A stretch of DNA of 64,000 nt from an uncultured Acidobacteriota bacterium (lineage in GTDB: Bacteria > Acidobacteriota > Thermoanaerobaculia > Gp7-AA8), in contig CAVUKB010000010.1 in assembly GCA_963741955.1 (NCBI GenBank), forward strand, positions 256,001 through 320,000, given 5' to 3'. The position numbers were made by a program, and so were the translations under genes. Positions 9,224 through 20,238 of this stretch are shown here, piece after piece (positions within the stretch are counted from its first letter, which is position 1; each line of letters begins with the position of its first letter). A model generated the notes under the pieces. That model was given only the letters and a program-made list of their open reading frames with translations, did not search any database and was not told where the DNA came from.

Positions 9224-9529
9224 CTACTTCTGGTCTCCCGGCCTGGCGTGCTTCTGGAGCTCTTTTCCGCCTTTTTCGAGCGCCGTCCCGGTCTTCTGTG
9301 CGGCGTTGCGCCCCGCCTTCTCGAGCGATCTGCCGGCCTGATCCAGGGCAGTCGACGTCTCCTCTCCGAGCTGGCGCGCTGCCGTTTCGGTGTTGTGCAT
9401 CGCGTCCTTCGCCGTCTCGGTCGGTGCAGTGACGCTGTAGGTGTCTTCTCCCGTCTTTTCGACCCGGCATCCCGCTAGACTCACCAGGAGCCACGCGGAT
9501 GCGCCGAGGATCGCCATCACTTTCTTCAT
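9224..9529 (-). CDS. Small lipoprotein
   Basis: MKKVMAILGASAWLLVSLAGC lipobox; AAGGAGG RBS. Confidence 0.8.
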   Translation of the reverse strand: MKKVMAILGASAWLLVSLAGCRVEKTGEDTYSVTAPTETAKDAMHNTETAARQLGEETSTALDQAGRSLEKAGRNAAQKTGTALEKGGKELQKHARPGDQK

Positions 9530-9637
9530 CGGTTCGCCCTCCTTCGCAACGAGCTTTGCGGCTGTGTTCAGCAAAGCTCCGGCCAACTGCCGCGCTCGCG
9601 ACGAAAGTTTCCATCTCCGTGATGCGTTAGCCCCCGC

Positions 9638-10525
9638 ATGGAACCAGGAGACCGGATCATTCAGGGGATGGCTGCGGACGGAGATTTCCGGATCGTGGCT
9701 GCTCGGACCACGGACGTGGTCGACATCGCGCGTGAAGTGCAGGACCTCTCGCCTCTGGCCGCAGATGCGTTGGGTAGGGCCTTGACCGGAGCCGTGCTCC
9801 TCGCCCGTCTTCTCGAGAAAGAGCGTCACGAGGAGTACATGACGCTCCGCTTCGAGGGGAAGGGACCTCTCGGAACGCTGATCGCGGAGGCGAGCTCGGG
9901 AGGAGGAGTGCGCGGGTACGTCGCGAATCCGCAGTACCAGAATCCCACCGGCGACGTCGGAGAGGCCCTCGGCCACGACGGTATCCTGACCGTCATCCGC
10001 AACGGTGCGCCGGACAGCCCGCCCTACACCTCGCAGGTCAGCCTGGTGAGCGGCCAGGTCGCAAAGGACCTCGCCCACTATCTCCTCACGAGCGAGCAGA
10101 TCCCGTCGGCGGTCCTGCTGGGAGTGCTCAACCGCCCGGGTGGCGTGAGTGCGGCCGGAGGGATCATCGTCCAGGCATTCCCTCACGCCGCCGAGGAGTC
10201 GGTGATCGCGATGGAAAAACGGATCCGCCACGCCCCGCCACTCAGCACGATGCTGGACGTGATGACGATCGAACAGACCGTGCACTCGCTCTTCGATCCG
10301 CTCGGCTACAAACAGCTCGATGCCGAGATCAACGTCCCGGTGGAGTACAGTTGCACCTGCAACCGCGAACGTGCTCTCCGGCAGTTCCGGCATTTCTCGC
10401 CGCAGGAGCTGGGGGAAATGATCCGTGAGGAAGACGACTCGGTCGCGACGTGTCAGTTCTGCGGGCGACGGTACGTCTTCACCAGTGAAGATCTCCTGGG
10501 GCTCGACGGAGCGGCGGACGCGTAG
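9638..10525 (+). CDS. hslO: Hsp33 redox-regulated chaperone
   Basis: ALGRALTG, GVRGY, SEQIPS, AAGGIIVQ, C-terminal CTC..CQFC zinc site. Confidence 0.93.
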   Translation: MEPGDRIIQGMAADGDFRIVAARTTDVVDIAREVQDLSPLAADALGRALTGAVLLARLLEKERHEEYMTLRFEGKGPLGTLIAEASSGGGVRGYVANPQYQNPTGDVGEALGHDGILTVIRNGAPDSPPYTSQVSLVSGQVAKDLAHYLLTSEQIPSAVLLGVLNRPGGVSAAGGIIVQAFPHAAEESVIAMEKRIRHAPPLSTMLDVMTIEQTVHSLFDPLGYKQLDAEINVPVEYSCTCNRERALRQFRHFSPQELGEMIREEDDSVATCQFCGRRYVFTSEDLLGLDGAADA

Positions 10526-10676
10526 GCCTTGAACTTGTGGCGTCTCGTCGCGAGGCTGCCCGCCATCGTGGCAGGGAGATGCGGATGCCGCGGAACGTGA
10601 TTGAAGCGGAGGGACGGTCGAGATGGACTCCGTCGTCGAGGGCGACATCCGATCCGCCGTACGGGAGGAGCAGCAG

Positions 10677-11735
10677 ATGAAGTCGGTCATCACCGGAAGC
10701 GGGATCGCACTGCCGAAGAACGTCGTGACGAACAGCGCTCTGACGCGGGTCATGGACACCACGGATGAGTGGATCCGTACCCGCAGCGGGATCGAGGAGC
10801 GCCGGTTCGCCGATCCGGGGCAGGGCTCGTCGGAGCTCGGTGCTGACGCTTCATTGCACGCCATGGCGGCCGCCGGTCTCGGTCCGGAAGACATCGACGG
10901 AGTGGTCTTCGCCACCATGACTCCCGACTTCCTTCTTCCCGGCAACGGTCCTCTTCTCCAGCAGCGTCTCGGTCTCGGTGACATCCCCACGTTCGACATC
11001 CGCCAGCAATGCAGCGGGTTTCTTTACGGGCTGGATCTCGCCGATTCGCTTCTCAGGAGCGGAAAGTTCCGGAAAGTCCTCCTGGTCGGATCGGAAGTGC
11101 ATACGCCTTTCATGCCCTGGAAGCACGGGTGGGACACCACGATCGGTCTCGAGTCGCGTGAAGTCTCCGAGGAAGAGAAGGAGTGGAACACGCGTTTCCG
11201 TGATCGCACAGTCCTTTTCGGTGATGCGGCGGGGGCGGTGGTGCTCGAATCGCGCGAGGATGGAACGGAAGGACTGCTCGCGACGCGCCTTCACACCGAC
11301 GGATCGGCCTGGAAAGCTCTTTCGATGCCGGGGGTGAGTTTTCTCCGCCGGCCTTTCGTCGACGCGGCGCAGATCGAGAGTGGTGAGAGCATTCCGGTGA
11401 TGGAGGGTCGCGAGGTCTTCCGCCAGGCGGTGACCAGAATGCCGGAGGTGGTCCGTGAGGTCCTCGAGGCCGCAGGGCGATCACTGGAGGAGCTCGATGT
11501 TCTCCTGATCCATCAGGCAAACCTCCGGATCGTGGAAGCGGTTCAGAAGGCGCTCGGGCTTCCTGCGGAAAAAGTTCCGCACAACATCGAGCGGTATGGA
11601 AACACGACGGCGGCGACGCTTCCGCTGCTCTATCACGAGTGTGTGGAAGACGGCCGGATCAAACCGGGTTCGCTCGTTTGCTTCGTAGCGCTGGGGTCGG
11701 GTCTGCATTGGGGCGCGGCGCTGTATCGCGCGTGA
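10677..11735 (+). CDS. fabH: 3-oxoacyl-ACP synthase III
   Basis: DEWIRTRSGIEERR, QCSGF catalytic Cys, LFGDAAGA, HQANLRI, YGNT. Confidence 0.88.
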   Translation: MKSVITGSGIALPKNVVTNSALTRVMDTTDEWIRTRSGIEERRFADPGQGSSELGADASLHAMAAAGLGPEDIDGVVFATMTPDFLLPGNGPLLQQRLGLGDIPTFDIRQQCSGFLYGLDLADSLLRSGKFRKVLLVGSEVHTPFMPWKHGWDTTIGLESREVSEEEKEWNTRFRDRTVLFGDAAGAVVLESREDGTEGLLATRLHTDGSAWKALSMPGVSFLRRPFVDAAQIESGESIPVMEGREVFRQAVTRMPEVVREVLEAAGRSLEELDVLLIHQANLRIVEAVQKALGLPAEKVPHNIERYGNTTAATLPLLYHECVEDGRIKPGSLVCFVALGSGLHWGAALYRA

Positions 11736-11879
11736 AGGAAACCGGGAAATCGGATTCCCGGCAGGCCGAGCGACGGACGAAAGCGCCGGACCAGCGCAGC
11801 CGGGCTGACCCTTCGGGCCGGGATGGACCCGACTTCGCGGTTTGTCGGTCCACACGAAATACTGTAAATAAGGAGACCA

Positions 11880-13082
11880 ATGGCAGGCGACAATCTACCC
11901 AGACACCCCGTCTCGACGATCGATGCCGGGTTCGATGACCTGAAACTCTCGAAACCGGTGCTCGACTCGGTGCACCGGGTCGGATTCGAACACCCGACCC
12001 CGATTCAGGCGGAAGTCATTCCCGCCGCTCTGGAGGGGCGCGACGTCATAGCGCTCGCGCAGACCGGATCGGGGAAGACCGCGGCATTCGTGATCCCTCT
12101 CGCCGAGCGCCTGACGCACGGCCGCGGACTGCGCGGGCTGATCCTCTCGCCCACCCGCGAGATCGCCCTGCAGACGCAGGCGTTCCTCGAGCTCTTCGGA
12201 AAGGGTCACAAGCTTCGCACTGCATGCCTGATCGGCGGCGTGAAGATGGGGCCGCAGCTCGACGCACTGTCGAAGGATCCCGACATCGTGGTCGCCACTC
12301 CCGGCAGACTCCTCGATCACGTCGAACGCCACAGACTCTCTCTCGACGGCGTCGAGCACCTCGTGCTCGACGAAGCGGACCACATGCTGGATCTCGGGTT
12401 TCTTCCGCAGATCCGCCGGATCGTGCGGGTGGTGCCTCGTGAGCGGCAGACGATGATGTTCTCCGCCACCATGCCGCCGGCGATCGAACAACTCGCCCGG
12501 ACCATGCTGAGCGAACCGGTCCGGATCGACATACTCCCGGTGGGGCGTGCCGCCATCGGCATCACTCACCGTCTGTACATCGTGAGGCCGGAAGACAAAC
12601 GCGCGTGCCTTCTGGCGCTGCTGCACGAAGAGCTCGGAAGCACCCTCGTGTTCGTGCGGAGAAAAGTCGACGCCGAATGGCTCTACCACATCCTCGCGCG
12701 GCAGGGGCATCCAGTCGCACGGATTCACGCCGATCGCTCGCAGGGGCGACGCGTGAAAGCGCTGGAGAACTTCCGGGAAGGATCCCACCGGATTCTCGTC
12801 GCGACCGATATCGCCGGCCGCGGAATCGACGTCCCCGGAATCGAGCACGTGATCAACTTCGACCTGCCGGAATCCGTCGAGGATTACATCCACCGCGCGG
12901 GACGTACCGCCCGCGTCGACCGGGAAGGAATCGTCTCATCGATCGTCACCTGGCAGGATCTGCCGGTGGTGCGGAAGATCGAAGACGAGATCGGCCAGAA
13001 GATCCCCCGCTGCTCCGTTCCCGACGTCGAGCCGTGGATCGAGACGGAGAAGAAGGAGAAGCGGGTCCGGCGGCGGGTGTGA
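11880..13082 (+). CDS. DEAD-box RNA helicase (RhlE-like)
   Basis: AQTGSGKT, PTREIA, TPGRL, DEAD, SAT, HRAGRTAR. Confidence 0.93.
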   Translation: MAGDNLPRHPVSTIDAGFDDLKLSKPVLDSVHRVGFEHPTPIQAEVIPAALEGRDVIALAQTGSGKTAAFVIPLAERLTHGRGLRGLILSPTREIALQTQAFLELFGKGHKLRTACLIGGVKMGPQLDALSKDPDIVVATPGRLLDHVERHRLSLDGVEHLVLDEADHMLDLGFLPQIRRIVRVVPRERQTMMFSATMPPAIEQLARTMLSEPVRIDILPVGRAAIGITHRLYIVRPEDKRACLLALLHEELGSTLVFVRRKVDAEWLYHILARQGHPVARIHADRSQGRRVKALENFREGSHRILVATDIAGRGIDVPGIEHVINFDLPESVEDYIHRAGRTARVDREGIVSSIVTWQDLPVVRKIEDEIGQKIPRCSVPDVEPWIETEKKEKRVRRRV

Positions 13083-13090
13083 CTCTCGAC

Positions 13091-14893
13091 TCACGACCCT
13101 TTCTCCTCCAGCTCCGCCCATCGCTCGTAGAGTCGTGAGACTTCGGCCTCCGCATCGCGGAGCGCGGCGAAACGCCGGGAGAGCTCTTCGGCATCAGTCG
13201 CGACGGCGGGATCGTTGACCGCCGCGCGTGCTCTCTCCAGACGTGTCTCGGCGCCGAGGAGCGTCTCCTCCATGGCATCCCATTCTCGCTGTTCGTGATA
13301 GGTGAGCTTCTTCGCCCGAGGACGGTCGCTTCGTTCGGCGGTGGCAGGTTTCGGTTCGCCGCTGCTTCTGCCGCTGCTCCGGCGTGATTCTTCCCACTGG
13401 GAGTAATCGGCGAAGAACTCGGTGCGACCGGTTCCGTCCAGAGCGAGGATCCGTGTCGAGACGCGGTCGAGAAGAAAGCGGTCGTGGGTCACGATCACCA
13501 GCGCTCCGGAGAATTCGAGGAGCGATTCTTCGAGCACATCGAGGGTCGGGATGTCGAGGTCGTTGGTCGGTTCGTCGAGCACCAGCAGGTCTGCGGGCTG
13601 GAGCATCAGACGAGCGAGGATGATCCGGGCCTTCTCGCCTCCCGAGAGGCGGGAGACCGGCATCTCCAGCTGCTCGGTGCGGAAGAGGAAGCGCCGCGCC
13701 CACGACACCACGTGCAGCGATCGGTCCTGATAGAGCACCGAATCGCCCTCCGGAGCGAGCGCGCGCCGCAGGGTCAGGTCTGGATCGAGGCTCTCGCGGT
13801 TCTGCTCGAAATAGACGGTTCGAAGCTGATCCGCTCTCTCGATCTCTCCCTCGTCCGGGTCGATCTCTCCGACGATCATTCGGAGGAGGGTCGTCTTTCC
13901 CGAACCGTTCGGCCCGAGGACGCCGAGACGCGCGCCGGGGCGGAGAAGGAGATCGAAGTTCTCCACGATCGTCCGATCACCGAACTCTTTCCGGAGCCCG
14001 CGGCCGGACCAGAGCCGCTTCGTTTTTCGCTCGGACGCGTTGAATTCGATTCCGGTCGTGCCGACCGTGCTGCGCCGGCGGCTCTCGTCGAGCTCCCCGA
14101 TCAATTCTTCCGCGCGTTGAATGCGTGCCTTCGATTTGGTGGTACGTGCTTTCGCGCCGCGGCGGAGCCACTCCACTTCCCGCCGAACGAGATTGGCGAG
14201 GCTCTCTCGATACGAGGCCTGGTTCTGCAGCAGCTCGTCCCGCTTCTCCAGAAAGTCGGAGTAAGTGCCGTTCACCTGGAGGAGGCCGCCCGGATACGAC
14301 GGGTCGAGCTCCAGCATGCGCCGGGCGAGGTTGTCGAGAAAATAGCGGTCGTGACTGACCACGATGAATGCTTCGGGCTCGCTGCGGAGCAGCGACTCGA
14401 GCCAGAGAATCGCATCGACGTCGAGATGGTTCGTCGGCTCGTCGAGAAGGAGCACGTCGGGCTCCAGTGAGAGCTGCTGCGCGATCGCGAGCCGTTTCCG
14501 CCATCCTCCCGAGAGAATGTCGGTGCGGAGAGACGCGTCGTCGAATCCACCCTTGGCGAGCGCCAGACCGACCCGCGCGATCCGCTGCGAGAGATCCAGC
14601 GTCGGATCCGCGGCGACCGTCTCGGTGAGCACTCCCTCTACCGTCTTTCCCGGCGCGAAGATCGGGTCCTGCGGGACGTACCCGACGCGGAGGTTGCGAC
14701 GCAACGCACGGATCCCCGAATCGGGACTCTCCAGCCCGGCCAGAATTCTGAGAAGGGTCGACTTCCCACTCCCGTTCCGACCGACCAGCCCTACGTGATT
14801 GCCCTCGGAGAGAGCGAACGTGAGATTCTCGAAGAGCGGCTCGGCGCCGAACGACTTCGAGATCGATTCACAGCTGAGAAGGACCGGAGGCAT
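13091..14893 (-). CDS. uup: ABC-F family ATPase (Uup-like)
   Basis: Two ABC domains (GRNGSGKS, GPNGSGKT, LSGG, DEPTN), linker WLRRGAKARTTK, C-terminal YERWAELE. Confidence 0.85.
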   Translation of the reverse strand: MPPVLLSCESISKSFGAEPLFENLTFALSEGNHVGLVGRNGSGKSTLLRILAGLESPDSGIRALRRNLRVGYVPQDPIFAPGKTVEGVLTETVAADPTLDLSQRIARVGLALAKGGFDDASLRTDILSGGWRKRLAIAQQLSLEPDVLLLDEPTNHLDVDAILWLESLLRSEPEAFIVVSHDRYFLDNLARRMLELDPSYPGGLLQVNGTYSDFLEKRDELLQNQASYRESLANLVRREVEWLRRGAKARTTKSKARIQRAEELIGELDESRRRSTVGTTGIEFNASERKTKRLWSGRGLRKEFGDRTIVENFDLLLRPGARLGVLGPNGSGKTTLLRMIVGEIDPDEGEIERADQLRTVYFEQNRESLDPDLTLRRALAPEGDSVLYQDRSLHVVSWARRFLFRTEQLEMPVSRLSGGEKARIILARLMLQPADLLVLDEPTNDLDIPTLDVLEESLLEFSGALVIVTHDRFLLDRVSTRILALDGTGRTEFFADYSQWEESRRSSGRSSGEPKPATAERSDRPRAKKLTYHEQREWDAMEETLLGAETRLERARAAVNDPAVATDAEELSRRFAALRDAEAEVSRLYERWAELEEKGS

Positions 14894-15072
14894 CTGATAT
14901 CTGTTATCTGATATCTGTTATCTATTATCTGTTATCGATTTGTCGATCTTATATCTTAGTGATATTACAGGCATCAAACGTAGCTAATTGCGCATCAGGT
15001 AATAGATATCAGATATCAGATATCAGATAATAGATAATAGATAATAGATAATAGATAATAGATGTCTTTCAG
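14892..15072. repeat. AT-rich palindrome with heptamer arms (WTATCTR)n / (YAGATAW)n
   Basis: Left arm 14892-14940, right arm 14996-15063, followed by GATGTCTTTCAG REP core. Confidence 0.85.
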
Positions 15073-15533
15073 CTTACCGGCGGTTCGGGCCAGAGGATCT
15101 CGTCATCGGGGCCGACCAGGACGCTCCATCCGATCGATTCCACTGCGTCATTTTCGAGCCAGACGTTCAGGGAATCCTCCCACGCGCGGAGCTCGGTACG
15201 ACCATCTTCCTCCTCGATCCATTCGGCGTCTTCGATGCCGGCCCGGCGGAGGGCCGATTCGGCCTCGCTCCGCTCGAGGCCCACGATCCGCTCGCCATTC
15301 AGGTGTGCCCGGCGACTGAACGTCTCGCACGAGACGAAGCGGAAATCCTCCTCGGCTGCGAACCTGACTGCCAGCGCGGCCGATTCGTAGATCCAGATCT
15401 CGCTCGAGTCATCCGATCTGCTGACCAGGATCTCATCTGCCTCACCGAAGAGCTCCCGCGTCTCCTCGCGCGTCGCGCCGAACGGAAGATCGCCGACACC
15501 GAGTCCCGGCCGGATGGTGATCGAGTCGATCAT
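15069..15533 (-). CDS. Hypothetical protein
   Basis: MIDSITIRPGLGVGDLPFGATREE; GAGGTG RBS; acidic globular sequence. Confidence 0.7.
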   Translation of the reverse strand: MIDSITIRPGLGVGDLPFGATREETRELFGEADEILVSRSDDSSEIWIYESAALAVRFAAEEDFRFVSCETFSRRAHLNGERIVGLERSEAESALRRAGIEDAEWIEEEDGRTELRAWEDSLNVWLENDAVESIGWSVLVGPDDEILWPEPPVS

Positions 15534-15712
15534 CGTGGTGACACCTCGATTTCGGTGCCGGAGCGGAGCCTCGATGCTTTGCGTCCGGCGAATTCTGCAT
15601 TGTATACCGTCGCCCACTCCCGGGGAGTCACTGCTGCCGTGGCCCTCTCCCTCCTGGCAGGACGAATGCAACTCCGCTCACGCCGGTCACGCCCGGCTCG
15701 ACAGGAGGTCCG

Positions 15713-16195
15713 ATGAAACGAGGATTTCTGATTCTTGCTGCCGTCTTTTCACTTGCTCTGACTTCGTGTGTGTCTTCGACGACCGCTCCGGAACAGGCAC
15801 CGCCGGCTCCGGGTCACGGAGCGCTTGCCATCGCGATCGTGCCGAATCCGATCGTTGCCACTCGGGTGAGCGGCAGTACCTACGATTTTCCCTTCGACGT
15901 CCACGTGTCGAATTCCGGATCGCTCCCCGTCACCATCGATCGCATCGACATGGACGTCACTGCTCTCGGCGGAGTGAGGATCTACTCGAAGTCGATGACC
16001 GCGACCGACATCCGCCAGTACGGCTACCCGACTGCGGTGCCGGCGGGTCAATCGCTCAGTTATCACTTCGCCCCGCGGGAGCAGGTTCCCGACGAACGGC
16101 TCTTCTCGGGTGTCTCCGCGCTGCTGACTGCGTCGGGCGCCGACTCCTCCGGGCAGCACGTTTCGGCCAGTACGAGCGTCTCGGTCACTCGATGA
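15713..16195 (+). CDS. Hypothetical lipoprotein
   Basis: AGGAGG RBS; MKRGFLILAAVFSLALTSC lipobox; beta-rich mature part. Confidence 0.8.
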   Translation: MKRGFLILAAVFSLALTSCVSSTTAPEQAPPAPGHGALAIAIVPNPIVATRVSGSTYDFPFDVHVSNSGSLPVTIDRIDMDVTALGGVRIYSKSMTATDIRQYGYPTAVPAGQSLSYHFAPREQVPDERLFSGVSALLTASGADSSGQHVSASTSVSVTR

Positions 16196-16201
16196 GGACC
16201 G

Positions 16202-18801
16202 TCAGGGCGAGACTCCGGTTTTCAGAATTCGGGTTTCGATTGCCGCGAGCTCGCTCCAGAGGCCGGCCAGTTCTTCGAATGACCATGGTTTCTTCAGGAC
16301 TCGAATGCTCCGCGACGGCGGACACTCCGAGAGGATGCGTTCGTCTCCATGTCCGGTCGAGAAGATCACCGGAATGTCTGGTCGAACCTCGGCGAGTCTG
16401 CGGCAGACTTCCAGACCAGAGATGTCCGGAAGACCGATGTCGAGGAGTACCAGATCGGGCGACGCTCGCGCGATTGCTTCGGCCGCGCCCTCGCCGCACC
16501 CGAGCCACTCGACCTCGATCTCCTGGAACTGCAGAATCGCCATCAGGCCCGTTGCCACCGTCGCATCGTCTTCCACGATCACGACCTTTCGCGGAAGCGG
16601 CACATGTGCGAGCGGCCGGGAACCCTCCTCGATCCGTTGCGCGCTCGTTCGTGCGGGGAAGAAGAGGTGAAACGTCGTCCCTTCGCCCGGAACGCTCTCG
16701 ACCGAGATCGTCCCGTGGTGCGCCCGCACGATCTGATCGACGATCGACAGCCCGAGTCCGGTCCCCTTCGTCTTGGTGGTGAAGAACGGTTCGAACAGGA
16801 GCGGTATCGTCTGCGCGGCCACGCCGCATCCGCGGTCGCGCACCGAGAAGTGGGCCAGATCCCCCGACTCCGTCGATGCCGCGCCACTCGCTGCCGGACT
16901 TCGCTCGATCGACAAAACGACCGGCCCTCCGTCGGGCATGGCGTCGCGAGCGTTCGAGACGAGGTTGACCAGGACCTGCGAGAGCTGGTCTCGATCGCCG
17001 TGGATGACCAGCCCCTTCGGAACGGAGCCGATCTGCAGTTGGATTTTCGGAGGAAGCAAACCCGCGAGCTCGGTGCTCAGCGAAGTGATCCAGAGCCCGA
17101 CGTCGATCTCGGCCACCACCGGTTCGGGAGGACGCGCAAACCGGAGGATCTCTCCGGTCACACTCCGGCCGCGCCGTACGGATTCGAGGATGTGTGTTGC
17201 CGCAGACTTCGTCTTCGGATCGGGGACCGAACGCTGAATCGTCTCCGCGAACGGCGGGTTCCCATCAGAACGTTGTTGAACTCGTGGGCGGTCCCGGCCG
17301 CGATCCGGCCCAGTGAGGAAAGCCGGTGCGCGCGCTCGAGCTCACTCCGCATCGCCGCGTTCTCCTGTTCGGTCACCACGCGTTCGGTCACGTCTTCAAG
17401 AGAGAAGACCAGCAGACTCACTTCGCCGCCCTCGTCGAGGACCGGCACGAGCGACCAGTCCCAATACGTCGTCCCCCGTTCCGGATGTTCCGCGTATGCG
17501 AACGGCCGGGCGTAGGTCCGAAACGGCTCCTTCGTCGCCACCACCCGCTCGAAGATCGACCGCGCGTCGGAAGGGTAGAGATCGAAGTGGTTCCGTCCGG
17601 GAAATTCGCCGGCCTCCCTCCCATCCGCGCGGGCGTACGCCTCGTTCACCCGAATGAAGTTGAAGTCGCGGTCGAGCAGCGCGAACGGAGTGATGCTTCC
17701 CTGAAAGAAGGCCTCCAGATTGCGGGCCTGCATTGCGAATTCTTCCTCCAGCCTTCGTTGTTTCCGGGCCGAACGGAGCGTCATCAACCCGAACGCGAGA
17801 TCGGAACCGAGCTCCTCGAGAACCTCCAGTTCGCCGCGATCGAACGCATCGATCTCGTCGGAGTAGACCGCGAGGACTCCGAACGGATGATCACGAGTCT
17901 CATCGCGGAGCGGGACGGCGGCGACGGATGCATATCCGCGGAGGAGAGCTTCATCGCGCCACTCGAGCAGACGCGGGTTGTTCGCGAAGTCGCGGCAGAC
18001 TTCGGAGCCGTTCTCGCGCACCGCAGTGCCGACGGCACCCATCGCGGCGGCACCGCTTCCCCAGGAGAAGCGGCAGTCAAGGAGATACTCCGATTCGAAC
18101 CCTGCACGAGCAACCGGAACAATCGTCTTCTCCTCGTCTTCTGAGGCGAAGCCGACCCACGCCATGACATAGCCGCCCTGCCGGACCGCGATTCCGCAGA
18201 TCTCCTCCAGCAGCTCCCGCTCGGCACGGGCGTGGATGACGGCCTGGTTACATGCGCTCACCGTTCGGAGCGCCCGGTTCAGTCGCATCAGTTCCGTTCG
18301 TGAGCGCCGTTGTTCCGTCACGTCGAAGAAGGTTGTCACGACCGCGTACGGAGTGCGCTCTCCGTGTCGGACGAGCGGCCGCACGTTTGCGAACAGATGC
18401 GCCGTTCGGCCGTCCGGCCGCTTCACCGCCATCCCGAGTCCCGAAAGCGGCTCTCCGGTTCGGAATGCAATCGACACCGGATCCTCCGCAGGCGTGCTGT
18501 CTTCCCCTTCCGAGCACCAGAAAGCCCCGGGACAAACGTGCTTCCGGATCTCCTCCGGATTCATTCCGAGGATCTCTTCCGCGGCGTGATTGGCGAAGAG
18601 AATGTGTCCGGCCGGGTCGTGGACGATCAGCCCTTCTCCGATGGCGGCCAGGAGCGACGGGAGGTCCGGCTCGACGATAAGCAATCCCTCCACGGCGCGC
18701 GATCGCGCCGCATCCCGGGACTGGAGGCGTCCGACTTCCCGGATCAGATTCTCCCGCTCCTTTCGGAGACGATCGAGCTCCAGGCGTGGATCGTGTCTCA
18801 T
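16202..18801 (-). pseudogene. PAS-GAF-PAS hybrid histidine kinase/receiver, frameshifted near 17255
   Basis: AHEFNNVLMG continues as PFAETIQR...GEILRFARP only after a 1-nt shift; NLVSNARDAM, DRGCG, FFTTK, GTGLGL and REC (LLDIGLPD) follow. Confidence 0.8.
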
Positions 18802-19138
18802 TCCCCCTCCGAGAGGACGGACGGGCTTCGGATCCCCTGACGCGGAGCCCGCCGGGGAAGGGTTCGGGTGAACCCCGTTGTTCCCTTCACAATATCGGTC
18901 CGCGCCGGCGGGTTTGAGAGATCGCCGCAAGGATTCCGATCTTGAAGGTCATGTTACCGAACGCTCATGGCGAGACGCCCGGCCCAGGAGGGTCACGTTT
19001 TCAGCGCCAAGCGCCCCCACCGGTCGCGCCTGTGGGGCGATCCTCTGCGGCGTGGTGCCGGGGAGCGATGGGTGCAAGGCCGCAGAAATCGTGGAGTTGT
19101 CGAGCACCCCTGTTCACGTCATTCTCGGGAGACGCACC

Positions 19139-19996
19139 TCAGCCTACGTCGACTCGACGGTAACGACTCTTCACGAACTGGTACAGCCCGTACGCGATCA
19201 GTCCGAACGCCACGACGGCGAGGAGCCATTGGCCTCCCGCGGAGAGAGTTCGCAGGGATCCGGCTGTCCCGTGGGCCTGGCTCGGGTTCGCGTTCCAGCC
19301 CGCCCGGACGAGTGAGACGCCGACGATGCCGAACACCACGCCGCGCGCTGCGATGCCGAAACGCGCGACACCGATCACCCACCGTCGAGCACGAGCTCCG
19401 AGTCCGGTGAGTGCCAGCTCTTTCGTCAGGCGCGCCGCCCAGGCACGCCAGAGCGCGACCAGCCCGTAGATCACCACTCCGATGCCGATCGCGATCGCCA
19501 GCCATTTTCCCGCCGGGGAGCCGATCAGTTTCGCCGTCCAGTGCTGTGTCCCCTGGTCGCCTCCGGCGCTCTGCTGGCCGAACGGATTGATCGCCATCCG
19601 CACCGCTTCGGCCGTGAGGGCGAGATAGATCAATCCGCGGACGAGCTGCGAGGCACGGATCGTCAGACCTTTCGCATCGTCACCCCGCGCCTCCGGGTCG
19701 GTCCATGCCTCGACGATCCGCCAGACCGCATACCCGAGGAATCCCGCGGCGATGAGCACCAGGAGGGCGCGGCCGTAGGGAGCGTGGCTGATTCGCGCCA
19801 TCGCGCCGCTCATGCTCTCTTCGCCGCCACCACCTCCGAACGCCGCATCCACCGCCAGCGCGCCGATGATGATGTAGACCACTCCCTTCATCGCATAGCC
19901 GACCCGTGCGAGACGCTCGATCCATGGAGCCACCCGACGGGCCGCACCCTCTGCCGCAGCTTCACCTTGTCGTGCTGCTCTCGATATCTCATTCAT
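19139..19996 (-). CDS. DUF1206-like membrane protein
   Basis: LARVGYAMKGVVY, repeated TM pairs, GIAARGVVF, GLIAYGLY. Confidence 0.8.
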   Translation of the reverse strand: MNEISRAARQGEAAAEGAARRVAPWIERLARVGYAMKGVVYIIIGALAVDAAFGGGGGEESMSGAMARISHAPYGRALLVLIAAGFLGYAVWRIVEAWTDPEARGDDAKGLTIRASQLVRGLIYLALTAEAVRMAINPFGQQSAGGDQGTQHWTAKLIGSPAGKWLAIAIGIGVVIYGLVALWRAWAARLTKELALTGLGARARRWVIGVARFGIAARGVVFGIVGVSLVRAGWNANPSQAHGTAGSLRTLSAGGQWLLAVVAFGLIAYGLYQFVKSRYRRVDVG

Positions 19997-20238
19997 GCCG
20001 CTTCAACATTGCCAGGAGAATGCCCGAAAGGGACTTTCTGTCAGGAAAAAGCGGAACAGCGCTCGGGGGAGCGAGCTCGGGCGAGGAGAGCGGATTCAGG
20101 TGATCCTCGTCGCAGATCCGTTTTCGGAGCAGGACAGTTTCTATCGCGCAGACTCCTCGCCCTCCTCTCGACTCATCACGTCGCAATCGTGAACCTCTGA
20201 ACCCCCTGCAGCCGGCACTGCGATACGATCGCCCTGCC

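Noticed and set aside
9224-10999. 591-aa ORF as a single gene
   Set aside because: Only the last 101 aa (lipoprotein with RBS) look real; the rest is antisense to hslO and fabH
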